From: Myxococcota bacterium
GTDB taxonomy: Bacteria; Myxococcota_A; UBA9160; JAFDDA01
DNA length: 64,000 nt
Reading direction: 5' to 3'
NCBI GenBank assembly: GCA_965228475.1
Contig: OZ245817.1
Location: 544,001 to 608,000, forward strand
Shown: positions 18,946-29,152 of the stretch, piece by piece
Layout of the letters: every line of letters starts with the position of its first letter
How positions within the stretch are numbered: the stretch's first letter is position 1
Translations under genes and position numbers: made by a program
The notes under the pieces: generated by a model
The model's database searches: none
The model's input: only the letters and a program-made list of their open reading frames with translations
What the model was told of the DNA's origin: nothing

Positions 18946-19893
18946 ATGGAAACCGAGAAGCTCCACCTCTTCGGCCTGCCGGCTGCGCTGTTCGGCGAGG
19001 CGAAGAAGGAGCACTTTCCGGGCCGTCGACTCGTGGGGCTCGAGGACGAAGCGGACTTCGCCGCGCGGATCGGCGAGATCGAGGTGCTCTTCGCCCTTCG
19101 CCCGCCGAGAGGCCACTGGGCCCGGGCCGAGCGCCTGCGCTTCGTCCAGATCATGGGGGCCGGCGTCGACGCGCTCCTGCCGGCGCCGGATCTGCCCGCT
19201 CACGTCCGCGTCGCCAACGGGCGCGGCATCTCGGGCGACGTGATGGCCGAGTACGCGCTGCACTGGATGCTGCACTTCGCCCGCCGCGCCGACCGCAACG
19301 CCGCGCAGCAGACCCGGAAGGAGTGGCGCATGTACGCTCCGTGGAGTCTCTCCGGGGCGACCTGCGGGATCCTCGGCATGGGTGCGATCGGGCAGGCCGT
19401 CGCCGAGCGCGCGAAGGCTTTCGGGATGCGCGTCCTGGCCACCCAGCGGAGCCCCAAGCCCTTCGCGGCGGCTGACGAGGTCCTCGCCAGCGAGGAGACC
19501 GAGCGCGTCCTGGCCGAGTCCGACTACGTCGTGGTGATCCTGCCGTTGACCCCCGAGACGAGGGGGAGCCTCGACGCGACACTGCTCTCGAAGATGAAGT
19601 CCGAGGCCGTCCTCATCAACATGGCGCGGGGCGAGATCGTCGACGAAGCGGCGCTGGCCGCGATGCTGCGCGAGGAGCGGCTGCGCGGCGCGGCCGTCGA
19701 CGTCTTCGCGGAAGAGCCCCTGCCGGAGACGAGCCCGCTCTGGGAGGTGCCGAACCTGATCGTCACTCCCCACGTCGCGGGCTTCAGCCGGGACTACCTG
19801 CCCGTCTCGTTCGAGATCTTCGCCGAGAACGTGCGGCGCTTCGAAGCGGGCGAACCGCTCCGCAACGAGATCGACCCGGCCCGCGGCTACTAG
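18946..19893 (+). CDS. D-2-hydroxyacid dehydrogenase
   Basis: GILGMGAIG, PLTPET, INMARG, DVFAEEPL, TPHVAG. Confidence 0.94.
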   Translation: METEKLHLFGLPAALFGEAKKEHFPGRRLVGLEDEADFAARIGEIEVLFALRPPRGHWARAERLRFVQIMGAGVDALLPAPDLPAHVRVANGRGISGDVMAEYALHWMLHFARRADRNAAQQTRKEWRMYAPWSLSGATCGILGMGAIGQAVAERAKAFGMRVLATQRSPKPFAAADEVLASEETERVLAESDYVVVILPLTPETRGSLDATLLSKMKSEAVLINMARGEIVDEAALAAMLREERLRGAAVDVFAEEPLPETSPLWEVPNLIVTPHVAGFSRDYLPVSFEIFAENVRRFEAGEPLRNEIDPARGY

Positions 19894-19921
19894 CGCGGGC
19901 GGCCTCAGGGTCCGCGGCCGG

Positions 19922-20563
19922 CTAGCCGAGCACCGCCGCGGCGTTCGCCTGGACGAGTTCGAGGATGTGCTTCGGCGCGGTCTCCGGCGTGCCGCCGGCG
20001 AAGGGCGGCTTCGGATCGTACTGCAGCGCGAGCTGGACCATCTGTGCGTAGTCGTCCCCGGCGACCTCCGCCGCGAAGGCGAGGGCCATGTCGATGCCCG
20101 AGGTGACGCCGCCCGCCGTCCAGAGTTTGCCGTCGACGACCACGCGGTCCGAGCAGGCCTCGGCGCCGAACTGGGCGAGGGCTTCGAGGCCGAGCCAGTG
20201 GCACCCCGCCCGCTTGCCCTGCAGCACGCCGGCCGCGCCGAGGATCCAGGAGCCCGTGCAGACCGAGACCGTGTAGCGGGAGTGCTCGTGCATCTTCGCG
20301 ACCCACTCGAGGGTCGGCGCGTCCTGCATGACGGCGCCGACCCCGCTGGCCGGGCCACCGCCGATGAGCAGTACGTCCGCGCGGTCGATCTCGGAGATGC
20401 CCGCCTCGGCCTGGATCGTGAGCATGCCCGTGTCGGCGGTGATGGGGCCCTTCTCGCGCGCCACGAAGCGGACCCGCGCGTCCGGTAAGCGGGAGAGCAC
20501 CTCGTAGGGTCCGAGGGCATCGAGGGCGGTCATGTCCGGGTAGATCAAGATCGCGACGTCCAT
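19922..20563 (-). CDS. DJ-1/PfpI family protein (isonitrile hydratase-like)
   Basis: MTALDALGPYEVL, SVCTG nucleophile, AGGVTSGIDMAL, YDPKPPF. Confidence 0.9.
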   Translation of the reverse strand: MDVAILIYPDMTALDALGPYEVLSRLPDARVRFVAREKGPITADTGMLTIQAEAGISEIDRADVLLIGGGPASGVGAVMQDAPTLEWVAKMHEHSRYTVSVCTGSWILGAAGVLQGKRAGCHWLGLEALAQFGAEACSDRVVVDGKLWTAGGVTSGIDMALAFAAEVAGDDYAQMVQLALQYDPKPPFAGGTPETAPKHILELVQANAAAVLG

Positions 20564-20632
20564 CGCTTCTCCTTCGCGCGCGGTTTCGGGGTATTCTGGC
20601 ACGCCCGCCGGAGTATTCTGACACGCCCACCG

Positions 20633-21817
20633 ATGAGCGCCGCACCCGTCTACGACCCCTACGACTACGACATCGACGAGGACCCGTACCCGGTCTATCG
20701 CCGGATGCAGGACGAGGCGCCGGTCTACTACAACGCCGAGCACGACTTCTACGCCCTGACCCGCTATCAGGACTGCCTCGAGGCCCTCGTCGACCACGAG
20801 ACCTTCAGCTCGGCCTACGGCACGGTGCTCGAGCTGATGAACGGGGAGCCCTTCGAGGCGCCGCTCATCATCTTCATGGATCCGCCGCGGCAGACGCGCC
20901 TGCGAAACCTCGTCTCGAAGGCCTTCACCCCGCGCCGCATCGCCGAGCTCGAGCCGCGGATCCGCGCGATCGCCTGCGGCTACCTCGACGAGCTGGTGGG
21001 CGCGGGCGAGGCCGACTTCGTCGAGGCGTTCACCGCGAAGCTTCCGATGGACGTGATCAGCACACTGCTCGGGATCCCCGAGTCCGACCGGGATGCGGTG
21101 CGCCGCTGGTCGAACGCGATCCTGCATCGGGAGCCCGGGAACCCGATGCCGCCGGCCTCGGCCCTCGAAGCCCAGGGCGAGCTGATGAAGTACTTCCAGG
21201 CCGCCGTGGAGGAGCGCCGCGCGCGCCCGCGGGACGACATCATGACGCTCCTCGTCGAGGGCGAGACCCGCGAGGCGGAGCGGCTCGACGACGTCGAGGC
21301 CCGCTCGTTCTTCAACCTGCTTGCCACCGCCGGCAACGAGACGGTGACGAAGCTGCTGGCGACGGCCTTCTACTGGCTCTGGAAGTTCCCGGGCGAGCGG
21401 GCCCGCCTGCTGGCCGACCCCTCGGTGATTCCCGGCGCCGTCGAAGAGACCCTGCGGTTCGACCCGCCCTCCCACTACCAAGGCCGCACCACCACCCGGG
21501 ACGTGACGCTCCACGGTGTGACGATCCCGAAGGGTGCCCGCGTCGCCATCGTGAACGGCGCCTCCGGGCGCGACCCGCGCAAGTTCCCGGACCCGGATCG
21601 CTTCGACGTCGGACGGGAGATCGATCTCCACCTGGGCTTCGGCCACGGCCGACACATCTGCCTCGGTGCGAGCCTCGCCCGCCTCGAATCCCGCATCGCC
21701 CTCGAGGAGTTCGGCCGCCGCTTCCCGGATTACGAAGTCACCGGCTTCGAACGGATGCACTCGAGCAACGTGCGGGGCTTCTCCGGACTCACCCTGCGGT
21801 ACCCCTCGGCGTCGTGA
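20633..21817 (+). CDS. Cytochrome P450
   Basis: I-helix AGNETV, K-helix EETLR, heme ligand FGHGRHICLG. Confidence 0.96.
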   Translation: MSAAPVYDPYDYDIDEDPYPVYRRMQDEAPVYYNAEHDFYALTRYQDCLEALVDHETFSSAYGTVLELMNGEPFEAPLIIFMDPPRQTRLRNLVSKAFTPRRIAELEPRIRAIACGYLDELVGAGEADFVEAFTAKLPMDVISTLLGIPESDRDAVRRWSNAILHREPGNPMPPASALEAQGELMKYFQAAVEERRARPRDDIMTLLVEGETREAERLDDVEARSFFNLLATAGNETVTKLLATAFYWLWKFPGERARLLADPSVIPGAVEETLRFDPPSHYQGRTTTRDVTLHGVTIPKGARVAIVNGASGRDPRKFPDPDRFDVGREIDLHLGFGHGRHICLGASLARLESRIALEEFGRRFPDYEVTGFERMHSSNVRGFSGLTLRYPSAS

Positions 21818-23430
21818 ACTGGCTCGACCTCGACGATCCGGCCGAACGCCTGCTCGGCCGCGCCCTGCGCCGCCAGGCCGAGACCCAAGGCGACGCGCCC
21901 TTCCTGATCACCGACGAAGGCACGCTCTCCTACGCAGCGGTCAACGACGGCGCGAATCGCTTCGCCGCCGGGCTGCGGGAACACGGCGCCGAGCCCGGCG
22001 CGCCCGTCGCCCTGCTGATGGAGTCGAGCCCCGAGTGCGTGCTCGCGGCCCTCGGCGCGAACAAGCTCGGCGCCTTCTGGATGCCCACCAACACGGACTA
22101 CAAGGGCGTCTGGCTGCGCGAGACCTTCGAGGACGGTGGCGCACGGGTGCTCGTCGCCGACGGGGCGCTTCTGCCGCGCGTCGCCGAGCTCGGCCCGGGC
22201 CTTCCCTTCGAGCGGATCCTCGTCGTGGGCGAGGCGGCCTGCGAGGTTCCCGGCGTCGAGCTCGTCCCCGCCGCTTCGGTCCTCGACCGGCCCGCCGCGG
22301 AGCCCGACGACGCCGACTTCGACTACGGCGATACCGCCGCCGTCCTCTGGACCTCCGGAACGACGGGGCGGTCCAAGGGCGTCATGCAGAGCCACAACAC
22401 CTGGCTCCGCGGCGCGACGAGCGGCGCACGTTCCTCGCGGCTCCGCGAAGGCGAGGTCCTCTACAACTGCCTGCCGATGTACAACTCGGCCGCCTGGGTG
22501 GCGAACGTCTTCCGCGCCCTCGTCACCGGCTCTCCCTGCGTGATGGACCGCCGCTTCTCGGCGAGCGAGTTCTGGGATCGCTGTCGCAAGTTCGACGTCA
22601 CGATGGTCTTCACGCTCGGCGCGATGCACATCTTCCTGTGGAACGCGCCCGAGCGCGCCGACGACGCCGAGAACCCGGTGCGGAGTGCCACCATGATTCC
22701 CATGCCCGAGGACGTCCTCGGCCCCTTCAAGGAGCGCTTCGGCATCGAGGCGATCCACCAGGGCTACGGGCAAAGCGAGTGCCTCGGCCTGCTCGACCGC
22801 ACCGACGACGGCCAGCCGAAGAAGCCGAACTCCCTCGGCCGGGTCTCGGGGGGCCTCGAGCTCGCGATCCTCGACGAGGAGGACCGTCCGGTGGAGGCCG
22901 GCGAGACCGGCGAGCTGTGCGCGCGCCCCACCGAGCCCCACGTTCTGATGAACGGCTACTACGACGCCCCCGAGGCGACCCTGCGCGCCTTCCGGAACCT
23001 CTGGTACCACACGGGCGATCTCGTGCGGCGTGACGAAGACGGGGACTGGTTCTTCGTCGACCGCAAGGCGGACTACATCCGCTACAAGGGGCGGAACCTC
23101 TCCTCCTTCGCGGTGGAGCACATGGTGAACGCCCACCCGGCGGTGGCGGACTCGGCGGCCCACGGCGTCCCCTCGGCGGAGCTCGAGAGCGAGGCCGAAC
23201 TCAAGGTCTGCGTCGTCCTGAAGCCGGGCGAGGCGCTCGAACCCGAGGCGCTCGCCCGCTTCGTGAACGAGAACGCGCCGTACTTCTTCGTGCCGCGCTA
23301 CGTCGAGTTCGTGGACGAACTGCCGCGCACGCCGACCGGGCGCGTCCAGAAGTTCAAGCTGCGCGAGCGCGGCGTGACGCCCGCGACCTGGGATGCACGC
23401 GCCGCGGGCTTCGAGGTCGTCCGGACTTGA
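21814..23430 (+). CDS. AMP-binding acyl-CoA ligase (CaiC-like)
   Basis: GTGA overlap; WTSGTTGRSKG, GYGQSE, NLWYHTGD, LPRTPTGRVQK. Confidence 0.92.
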   Translation: MNWLDLDDPAERLLGRALRRQAETQGDAPFLITDEGTLSYAAVNDGANRFAAGLREHGAEPGAPVALLMESSPECVLAALGANKLGAFWMPTNTDYKGVWLRETFEDGGARVLVADGALLPRVAELGPGLPFERILVVGEAACEVPGVELVPAASVLDRPAAEPDDADFDYGDTAAVLWTSGTTGRSKGVMQSHNTWLRGATSGARSSRLREGEVLYNCLPMYNSAAWVANVFRALVTGSPCVMDRRFSASEFWDRCRKFDVTMVFTLGAMHIFLWNAPERADDAENPVRSATMIPMPEDVLGPFKERFGIEAIHQGYGQSECLGLLDRTDDGQPKKPNSLGRVSGGLELAILDEEDRPVEAGETGELCARPTEPHVLMNGYYDAPEATLRAFRNLWYHTGDLVRRDEDGDWFFVDRKADYIRYKGRNLSSFAVEHMVNAHPAVADSAAHGVPSAELESEAELKVCVVLKPGEALEPEALARFVNENAPYFFVPRYVEFVDELPRTPTGRVQKFKLRERGVTPATWDARAAGFEVVRT

Positions 23431-24443
23431 AGATCCTCGTCACGGGGGGAACGGGCTTCGTGGGCTCGCACAGCGCGGCGGCGCTCGCGGCGGCGGGGCA
23501 CGACGTCCGCCTGTTGGTCCGCAGCCGCGAGAAGACGAAGCGGGTCTACGAGGCCCTCGGCCTCGAGGCGCCGGAGGCCGTGGTCGGCGACATCACCGAC
23601 GCCGCTTCGGTCGGCCGGGCCCTGGAAGGCTGCGAGGGCGTGCTCCACGCCGCGGCGGTCGTCGGCCTCGACCGGAGCCAGGCCCTGGAGGTCGAACGCA
23701 CCAACCGCGCCGGGACGGAGAACGTGGTCGGCGAAGCCCACCGGCGCGGACTCGGCCCGATCGTCTACGTCTCGAGCGTCTCGGCCCTGTTCGACCCCGA
23801 GGGCGGCCCCATCACGCGAGACTCGAAGCCCACCTTCCAGGCCGGGAACGCCTACAGCGAGTCGAAGGCCCGCACCGAAACCTACGTGCGCGATCTGCAG
23901 GAGCAGGGCGCGCCGCTCGCGATCACCTACCCGACGGGCGTTCTCGGACCCGACTCGCCGACCCTGACCGAGTTCCACCGCGGCGTGCTCATGCAGCTCG
24001 ACGTCGCCCTCGTCTCGGGCTCCGGGGGTGTCGCTGCCGTCGACGTCCGGGATCTCGCCCAGGTCCACGCGGCGCTCTTCGCCCGGCCACCGGCACCGGC
24101 CCGCTTCCTCGCGAGCAGCCGCGATCTCGATTGGCGGGAGGTCGCGGACATCATCGACGAAGTCACGGGCCGCAAGCTCCCGCGCGTCTACGTCCCCGGT
24201 TCCGCGCTGCGCGGCCTCGGGTGGTTCGTGGATCGCTTGCGCCGCTTCGTCCGGATCGAGACGCCCCTCAGCCAGGAGGGCATGGTGACGGCGACCCGCT
24301 GGCCGGGAACCGACGCGAGTGTCACGGAGCGCGAACTCGGCGTGGTCTTCCGCGACCCGCGCGAGACCTTCCGCGACACCCTGCGCTGGTTCGGCGAGCA
24401 GGGGCACGTCCCGCCCCGAAAGCTCGGCCGGCTCGCCGGCTAG
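23427..24443 (+). CDS. NAD-dependent epimerase/dehydratase (extended SDR, DFR/HpnA-like)
   Basis: TTGA overlap; TGGTGFVG, HAAA, YSESK. Confidence 0.88.
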   Translation: MKILVTGGTGFVGSHSAAALAAAGHDVRLLVRSREKTKRVYEALGLEAPEAVVGDITDAASVGRALEGCEGVLHAAAVVGLDRSQALEVERTNRAGTENVVGEAHRRGLGPIVYVSSVSALFDPEGGPITRDSKPTFQAGNAYSESKARTETYVRDLQEQGAPLAITYPTGVLGPDSPTLTEFHRGVLMQLDVALVSGSGGVAAVDVRDLAQVHAALFARPPAPARFLASSRDLDWREVADIIDEVTGRKLPRVYVPGSALRGLGWFVDRLRRFVRIETPLSQEGMVTATRWPGTDASVTERELGVVFRDPRETFRDTLRWFGEQGHVPPRKLGRLAG

Positions 24444-24455
24444 GCCAAGCGCGAC

Positions 24456-25250
24456 TCACTCCATGCCGAGGAGCTTCCCGATCCCGAAGCGGTGGCCCGC
24501 GGTGAAGCCGCCGTCGATCACGAGCGTGTGGCCCGTCACGAAGGAGGCCTCGTCGCTCGCGAGGAAGAGCGCCCCGTTCGCGATCTCCACCGGGCGGCCG
24601 AGCCGGCCGAGCATGTGGGCGTCCATGATGCGCTCGCGCACGACGCCCATCTCCGGGTTCCCCATCACTTCCTCGAGCAGTGGGGTCTCGATGAAGCCCG
24701 GGCAGATCGCGTTGGCGCGAATGCCCTTGCGCGCGTAGTCGATCGCGAGGTTCTTCGTGAGGATCACGACGCCGCCCTTGCTGGCGTTGTAGACGCTCGT
24801 GACCTCCATGCCTTCGATGCCCTCGACGCTCGCCAGGTTGATGATGCTGCCGCTTCCCTGCTCCATCATCGTGGGGAGCACCGCGCGGCAGAAGAGGAAG
24901 GTCCCCTTCAGGTTGATGTCGATCACCCGGTCCCACTCTTCGGGCTCGAGCATGTGGACGTAGCCGCCGGACCCGACGCCCGCGGAGTTCACCAGGGTGT
25001 CGATGCGGCCGAAGCGTTCCCGGGCGGCAGCGACGAAGGCGTCGATGCGTGCGGCCTCGCGGACGTCCCCCGTCTCGAACATCACGTCCGGTGCGAGCTC
25101 GGCGGCGCGCTTCCAGTCCGGCGACGCCGGCTCGTTCAGGTCGAACCCCGCCAGCGAGGCGCCCTCCTCGGCGAAGCGCAGGGCGCAGGCCGCGCCGATC
25201 CCCGAAGCGGCGCCCGTGATCACGGCGACCTTGCCTTCCATCCGTCCCAT
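24456..25250 (-). CDS. Short-chain dehydrogenase/reductase
   Basis: TGAASGIG, NSAG, YNASK, IRANAICPG, VIDGG. Confidence 0.93.
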   Translation of the reverse strand: MGRMEGKVAVITGAASGIGAACALRFAEEGASLAGFDLNEPASPDWKRAAELAPDVMFETGDVREAARIDAFVAAARERFGRIDTLVNSAGVGSGGYVHMLEPEEWDRVIDINLKGTFLFCRAVLPTMMEQGSGSIINLASVEGIEGMEVTSVYNASKGGVVILTKNLAIDYARKGIRANAICPGFIETPLLEEVMGNPEMGVVRERIMDAHMLGRLGRPVEIANGALFLASDEASFVTGHTLVIDGGFTAGHRFGIGKLLGME

Positions 25251-25275
25251 CGTCAGTCCTCTCGCGAGCGCTTCC

Positions 25276-27237
25276 TCATTCCGGAAGGGCGAAGGCGACC
25301 AGATGGTCGCCGGGTTTCGTTCCCAGGGTGCCATGCCCGCCCGCGGCGATCACGACGAACTGCCGCCCGTCGGGCCGCAGGCGGTACGTCATCGGCCCCG
25401 CCTGGCCGCCGGCCGGGAGCTGCGTGCGAAAGAGCTCCTCGCCGGTCGCGACGTCGTAGGCGCGCAGGTAGCCGTCCATGGCCGCGCCGATGAAGGCGAG
25501 GCCGCTCGCGGTCACGAGGGGCCCGCCCATGCTCGGCATGCCGAAGCGGATCCAGAACGGCCACGGCGCGCGGCCGCGCGTGGTGCCGAAGGGCACCTCC
25601 CAGAGCAGCTCGCCGCGGGCGAGGTCGACCGCGAGCAGCGTTCCCCAGGGCGGCTTCGTGCAGGGAATGCCGAGGGGCGAGACCAGGACGCCCTGTTCGA
25701 GGGCGTAGGGGGTGCCCGCCTGTTCGAAGAGGATGCGCATCGGCGGGTCGGCCTCGACGTCGGCGACCTCGGCGCGCGGAACCAGGCGGATCACGTTCGG
25801 CATCCGGGACAGGTTCACGACGGCGATCTGCCGCTCGGGATCGAAGGCGAGGCCGCCCCAGTTGAAGCCGCCCGCCACACCGGGGAACTGGATCGAACCC
25901 TCCAGGGTGGGCGGGGTGAAGATCCCGTCGGAGCGGAGGGCCTCGATGCGCCGCTCGCACCAGGCGCGGTCGAGGGGCGTCAGGCCGAAGGCGTCGTCGG
26001 GTGTGACCGTCGTCGCGTGGAGCGGGGGCGGGTGGGTCGGGTAGGGCTGGGTCGACGCGAGGCGTTCCCCGGGGACGCCGCCCTGGGGCGCAGGGCGCTC
26101 TTCGATCGGGTGGATCGGTAGGCCGGTCTCGCGGTGGAGCAGGAAGACGAAGCCGGCCTTCGTCGCCTGGGCGACGGCCGGCACGCGGCGGCCCTCGTGC
26201 TCGAGCTCGATCAGGGCGGGCGGGGCGGCGAGGTCGTAGTCCCAGAGGTCGTGATGTACGGTCTGGAAGTGCCAGGCGACCTCACCCGTTGCGGCGTGGA
26301 GCGCGACGACGGCGCTCCCGTAGTGGTCGAGCCCTTCGCGCACGCCCTCGCCGCGGTAGAAGTCCGGGCTCGGGTTTCCCATCGGCAGGAAGAGCAGGCG
26401 CCGCTCGAGGTCCGCCGAGAAGACGCCCCAGGCGTTCGGCGTGCCGGGGTGGTAGCGCGGCGTCCCCTCGGGCCCGTCGGGGAGCGCAGGCCAATCCGCG
26501 GGGACCGGATCGAAGGCCCAGCGCAGGGCGCCGGTGCGCAGGTCGTAGCCGCGGATGACGCCGCCCGGGACGTCGAGCCGGCGGCCGTCCGCGACGCTCG
26601 CGCCGACCGCCACGACGTCCCCGACCACGGTGGGGACCGAGGTCGGCTCGTACTCGCGCGGCGCGTGCGCGCCGAGGCCCGTGCGGAGATCGATCTCGCC
26701 GCCGCTGCCGAAGCCGCGGCATCGCTCGCCGGTCGCGGCGTCGACCGCGAGCAGGCGCGCATCCATCGTGCTCGTGAAGATCCGCCGGGCGCAGGGCTCT
26801 CCGGCCCGGGCGTCCGGATCGCGCCAGAGCGAGACGCCGCGGCAGCGCCGGAAGCCGCTCTCGCGGGCATCGACCTCCGGGTCGAAGCGCCAGCGTTCCT
26901 CGCCCGTCTCCGCGTCGACGGCGAAGACGCGGTTCAGGGGCGAGCAGTAGTAGAGCGTGTCGCCGTCGAGGATCGGCGTCGCCTGGTGCGCGGTCTTGCC
27001 TTCGCCCTTCGGGAGGACGTCGCCCGTGCGATGGGTCCAGGCGCGTTCGAGGTGGGCGACGTTCTCCGGGCCGATCTGGGTGAGCGGCGAGTAGCGGGTC
27101 GCGCCGGAGTCGCCGCCGAAGGTCGGCCAGCCGGCGACGGGGCCGCCGGTGTCGATCGGCGGCGCGGTCTCACCGCAGGCGAGCAGGGCCGCGGAGACGC
27201 ACGCCCCGGCGAGGAGGCGCCAGGCGGACCGCTTCAT
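25276..27237 (-). CDS. PQQ-dependent dehydrogenase (glucose/quinate/shikimate family), predicted lipoprotein
   Basis: Lipobox LLAC; RYSPLTQI, QATP, CRGV, FQTVHHDLWDYD, PCTKPPWG, GGQAGPMTY, GRQFVVIAAGGH. Confidence 0.92.
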   Translation of the reverse strand: MKRSAWRLLAGACVSAALLACGETAPPIDTGGPVAGWPTFGGDSGATRYSPLTQIGPENVAHLERAWTHRTGDVLPKGEGKTAHQATPILDGDTLYYCSPLNRVFAVDAETGEERWRFDPEVDARESGFRRCRGVSLWRDPDARAGEPCARRIFTSTMDARLLAVDAATGERCRGFGSGGEIDLRTGLGAHAPREYEPTSVPTVVGDVVAVGASVADGRRLDVPGGVIRGYDLRTGALRWAFDPVPADWPALPDGPEGTPRYHPGTPNAWGVFSADLERRLLFLPMGNPSPDFYRGEGVREGLDHYGSAVVALHAATGEVAWHFQTVHHDLWDYDLAAPPALIELEHEGRRVPAVAQATKAGFVFLLHRETGLPIHPIEERPAPQGGVPGERLASTQPYPTHPPPLHATTVTPDDAFGLTPLDRAWCERRIEALRSDGIFTPPTLEGSIQFPGVAGGFNWGGLAFDPERQIAVVNLSRMPNVIRLVPRAEVADVEADPPMRILFEQAGTPYALEQGVLVSPLGIPCTKPPWGTLLAVDLARGELLWEVPFGTTRGRAPWPFWIRFGMPSMGGPLVTASGLAFIGAAMDGYLRAYDVATGEELFRTQLPAGGQAGPMTYRLRPDGRQFVVIAAGGHGTLGTKPGDHLVAFALPE

Positions 27238-29045
27238 TCCCCGGGCATTCCTCCCGCCCGGGCCGTCTGCGTGCCGCCGCCGTTCGCATCGAGGCGGATC
27301 ACCTTGGGGACGCCGCCTTCGATCTGCCAGGCCGGAGAGTTCGAGTTCGAGGTCCACACCCGCCCGCGTTCGTCGAAGTCCACCTCGCGGGTGTAGGTGA
27401 CCCGGGTCGGCAGCGGGTAGAGCGTGAAGCGCTCGTCGGACGGGCGGAAGCGGATCAGGGAATCGCTGTTCGTCCCGCAGACCCAGACGTCGTCGTTGCG
27501 ACGGTCGACGTGAAGGGCGTAGGGCGTCTCGCCGAGGGCGCCCGGAACGTCGAGCGGGTACTCGCGGAAATCGCGCGTCTTCGGGTCGAAGCGGGCGATC
27601 AGGCTCTTCGAGAAGCTCGGGATCCAGAGCTGACCCTTCGAATCGAAGCGCAGCCGGCGCGGGGCGGGGAAGGGCGTCTCGACGATCTCGATCGAGAAGT
27701 CGTCGGGGTCGACGCGGCCGATCCGGTGCGCGTTGAGCTGGCTGAACCAGACGCTGCCGTCGGGCGCGACGTCGATGCCGTAGGGCACCGGCATGGTCGT
27801 CACTTCTTCGGTCTGGGCGGCGAGCGCGCGGATGTCCACGTGGCGCCCGACCCAGAGCAGGAACGGGAGGGCCCGCAGCGTCATCTCCTGGCCGAAGGAG
27901 GTGGCCGGCAGGCGGACCTCCCGGCTCTCTCCGCTCGCCGGGTCGTACATCCCGACGTGATTCGAGGCGGCGATCGTGTACCAGATGCGCCCTCGGGAAT
28001 CGAAGCGCAGGGTGTGCGGGTAGTAGCCGTCCTCGAGGGCGTGCATGGTGAAGCGCTCGGTCTTCGGGTCGAAGCCCGCCAGACGATTGCCGCTCGCGAG
28101 CGTGATCCAGAGCCGCCCGTCCGGCGCGACCTGGATCGAATGGGGCCCGACGTGCTGGTTCGAGGTCGGGGGGATCGGGCGGCTGCGGCTGCGGAAGGCG
28201 CCGCCGAGGGGGAGCCCGCCCTCGTTCGGGATCGTCCAGGCCTCGCGCTTCCCGCCGCCGACGTCGGGGTCGAGCCGGTAGAGCTGGTCCTGATCCATGT
28301 CGACGGAGTAGAGCGCGCGTTCGCCGGGGTGGTACACGACGTCGTGTTGCATGGAGGCGCGGCCGCCGAGCTCCCATTCTTCGATGACGGCGCTCCGGAC
28401 CTCGGCGGGCGGCGGCGGCGCGAAATCCGCTTCGCCCATTCCGGCCGTGAGCCTCGGCACGGCGTTCTCCGGCGCATAGACGCGGTTGTAGAGCGCGGGA
28501 ATGGTCTCGCGCAGCTCGCGCCCGATCATGCCCCCCATGCGGCCCATGAGCGCGATCACCTTGCGCCACTCCTCGGGGTCGCGCGTGCGCCGCGTGGCCC
28601 AGTTGCCCTGCTGATGGCAGAACGTGCACTGGCGCTTCAGCTCTTCGCGGTTGGCCTCGTCCGGGATCTCTTCGAGCGCGAGGCTGTACCAGAAGTTCGC
28701 CGGGAGCTGGGCGGCGACGGCGGCCGCGTCGGTCTCCCGCTCGAGGGCGACGTCGAAGGCACCCGAAGGCTCGGGAACGTCCGTCCTGCGGAAGTCCTGC
28801 CAGCCGATGCGGCGCACGCGGACGACGAAGGGCCCTTCGCCGGGAAGCGCCGGCGTGCGGTAGCGGCCCTCGTGGTCGCTGAAGACCGTCGTGCCGTGGG
28901 CCGGGTCGCCGGCTTCGACGGTCACCATGGCGCCCACGATGGCGCGGCCCTCGCCGGAGACGCGCCCCTGGAACGTGGCCCCGGCCGCGGTGAGGGGCAC
29001 GGAGACGCCCACGAGGGCGACCAGACAGAGGAGCCGGCGAAGCAT
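27234..29045 (-). CDS. Exported protein with carboxypeptidase-regulatory-like domain, single CxxCH heme motif and Vgb/streptogramin-lyase-like beta-propeller
   Basis: Signal peptide; GRV...GAMV...TTVFSDHEGRY; CTFCH; repeated propeller blades PHS/PHT/PYG...DG.(L/I/V)W. Confidence 0.75.
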   Translation of the reverse strand: MLRRLLCLVALVGVSVPLTAAGATFQGRVSGEGRAIVGAMVTVEAGDPAHGTTVFSDHEGRYRTPALPGEGPFVVRVRRIGWQDFRRTDVPEPSGAFDVALERETDAAAVAAQLPANFWYSLALEEIPDEANREELKRQCTFCHQQGNWATRRTRDPEEWRKVIALMGRMGGMIGRELRETIPALYNRVYAPENAVPRLTAGMGEADFAPPPPAEVRSAVIEEWELGGRASMQHDVVYHPGERALYSVDMDQDQLYRLDPDVGGGKREAWTIPNEGGLPLGGAFRSRSRPIPPTSNQHVGPHSIQVAPDGRLWITLASGNRLAGFDPKTERFTMHALEDGYYPHTLRFDSRGRIWYTIAASNHVGMYDPASGESREVRLPATSFGQEMTLRALPFLLWVGRHVDIRALAAQTEEVTTMPVPYGIDVAPDGSVWFSQLNAHRIGRVDPDDFSIEIVETPFPAPRRLRFDSKGQLWIPSFSKSLIARFDPKTRDFREYPLDVPGALGETPYALHVDRRNDDVWVCGTNSDSLIRFRPSDERFTLYPLPTRVTYTREVDFDERGRVWTSNSNSPAWQIEGGVPKVIRLDANGGGTQTARAGGMPGE

Positions 29046-29152
29046 GCGGTCATCCTACCCGACCGCGCTTTGCGCTTGCACGCCAACGGCTGCCTGCGGC
29101 CCTTGGCATGCCGGCCCGGACGGCGCGGGCCCGGTGGTATGATCCGCACGCG

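Noticed and set aside
26225..26275. DYD motif in the PQQ enzyme as a lanthanide-binding signature
   Set aside because: A D-x-D at this position is general in the Gcd family (including Ca/Mg enzymes), so it is not diagnostic by eye.
27234..29045. Streptogramin resistance lyase (vgb)
   Set aside because: Only the propeller fold resembles Vgb. The signal peptide, extra domains and heme motif argue for another function.
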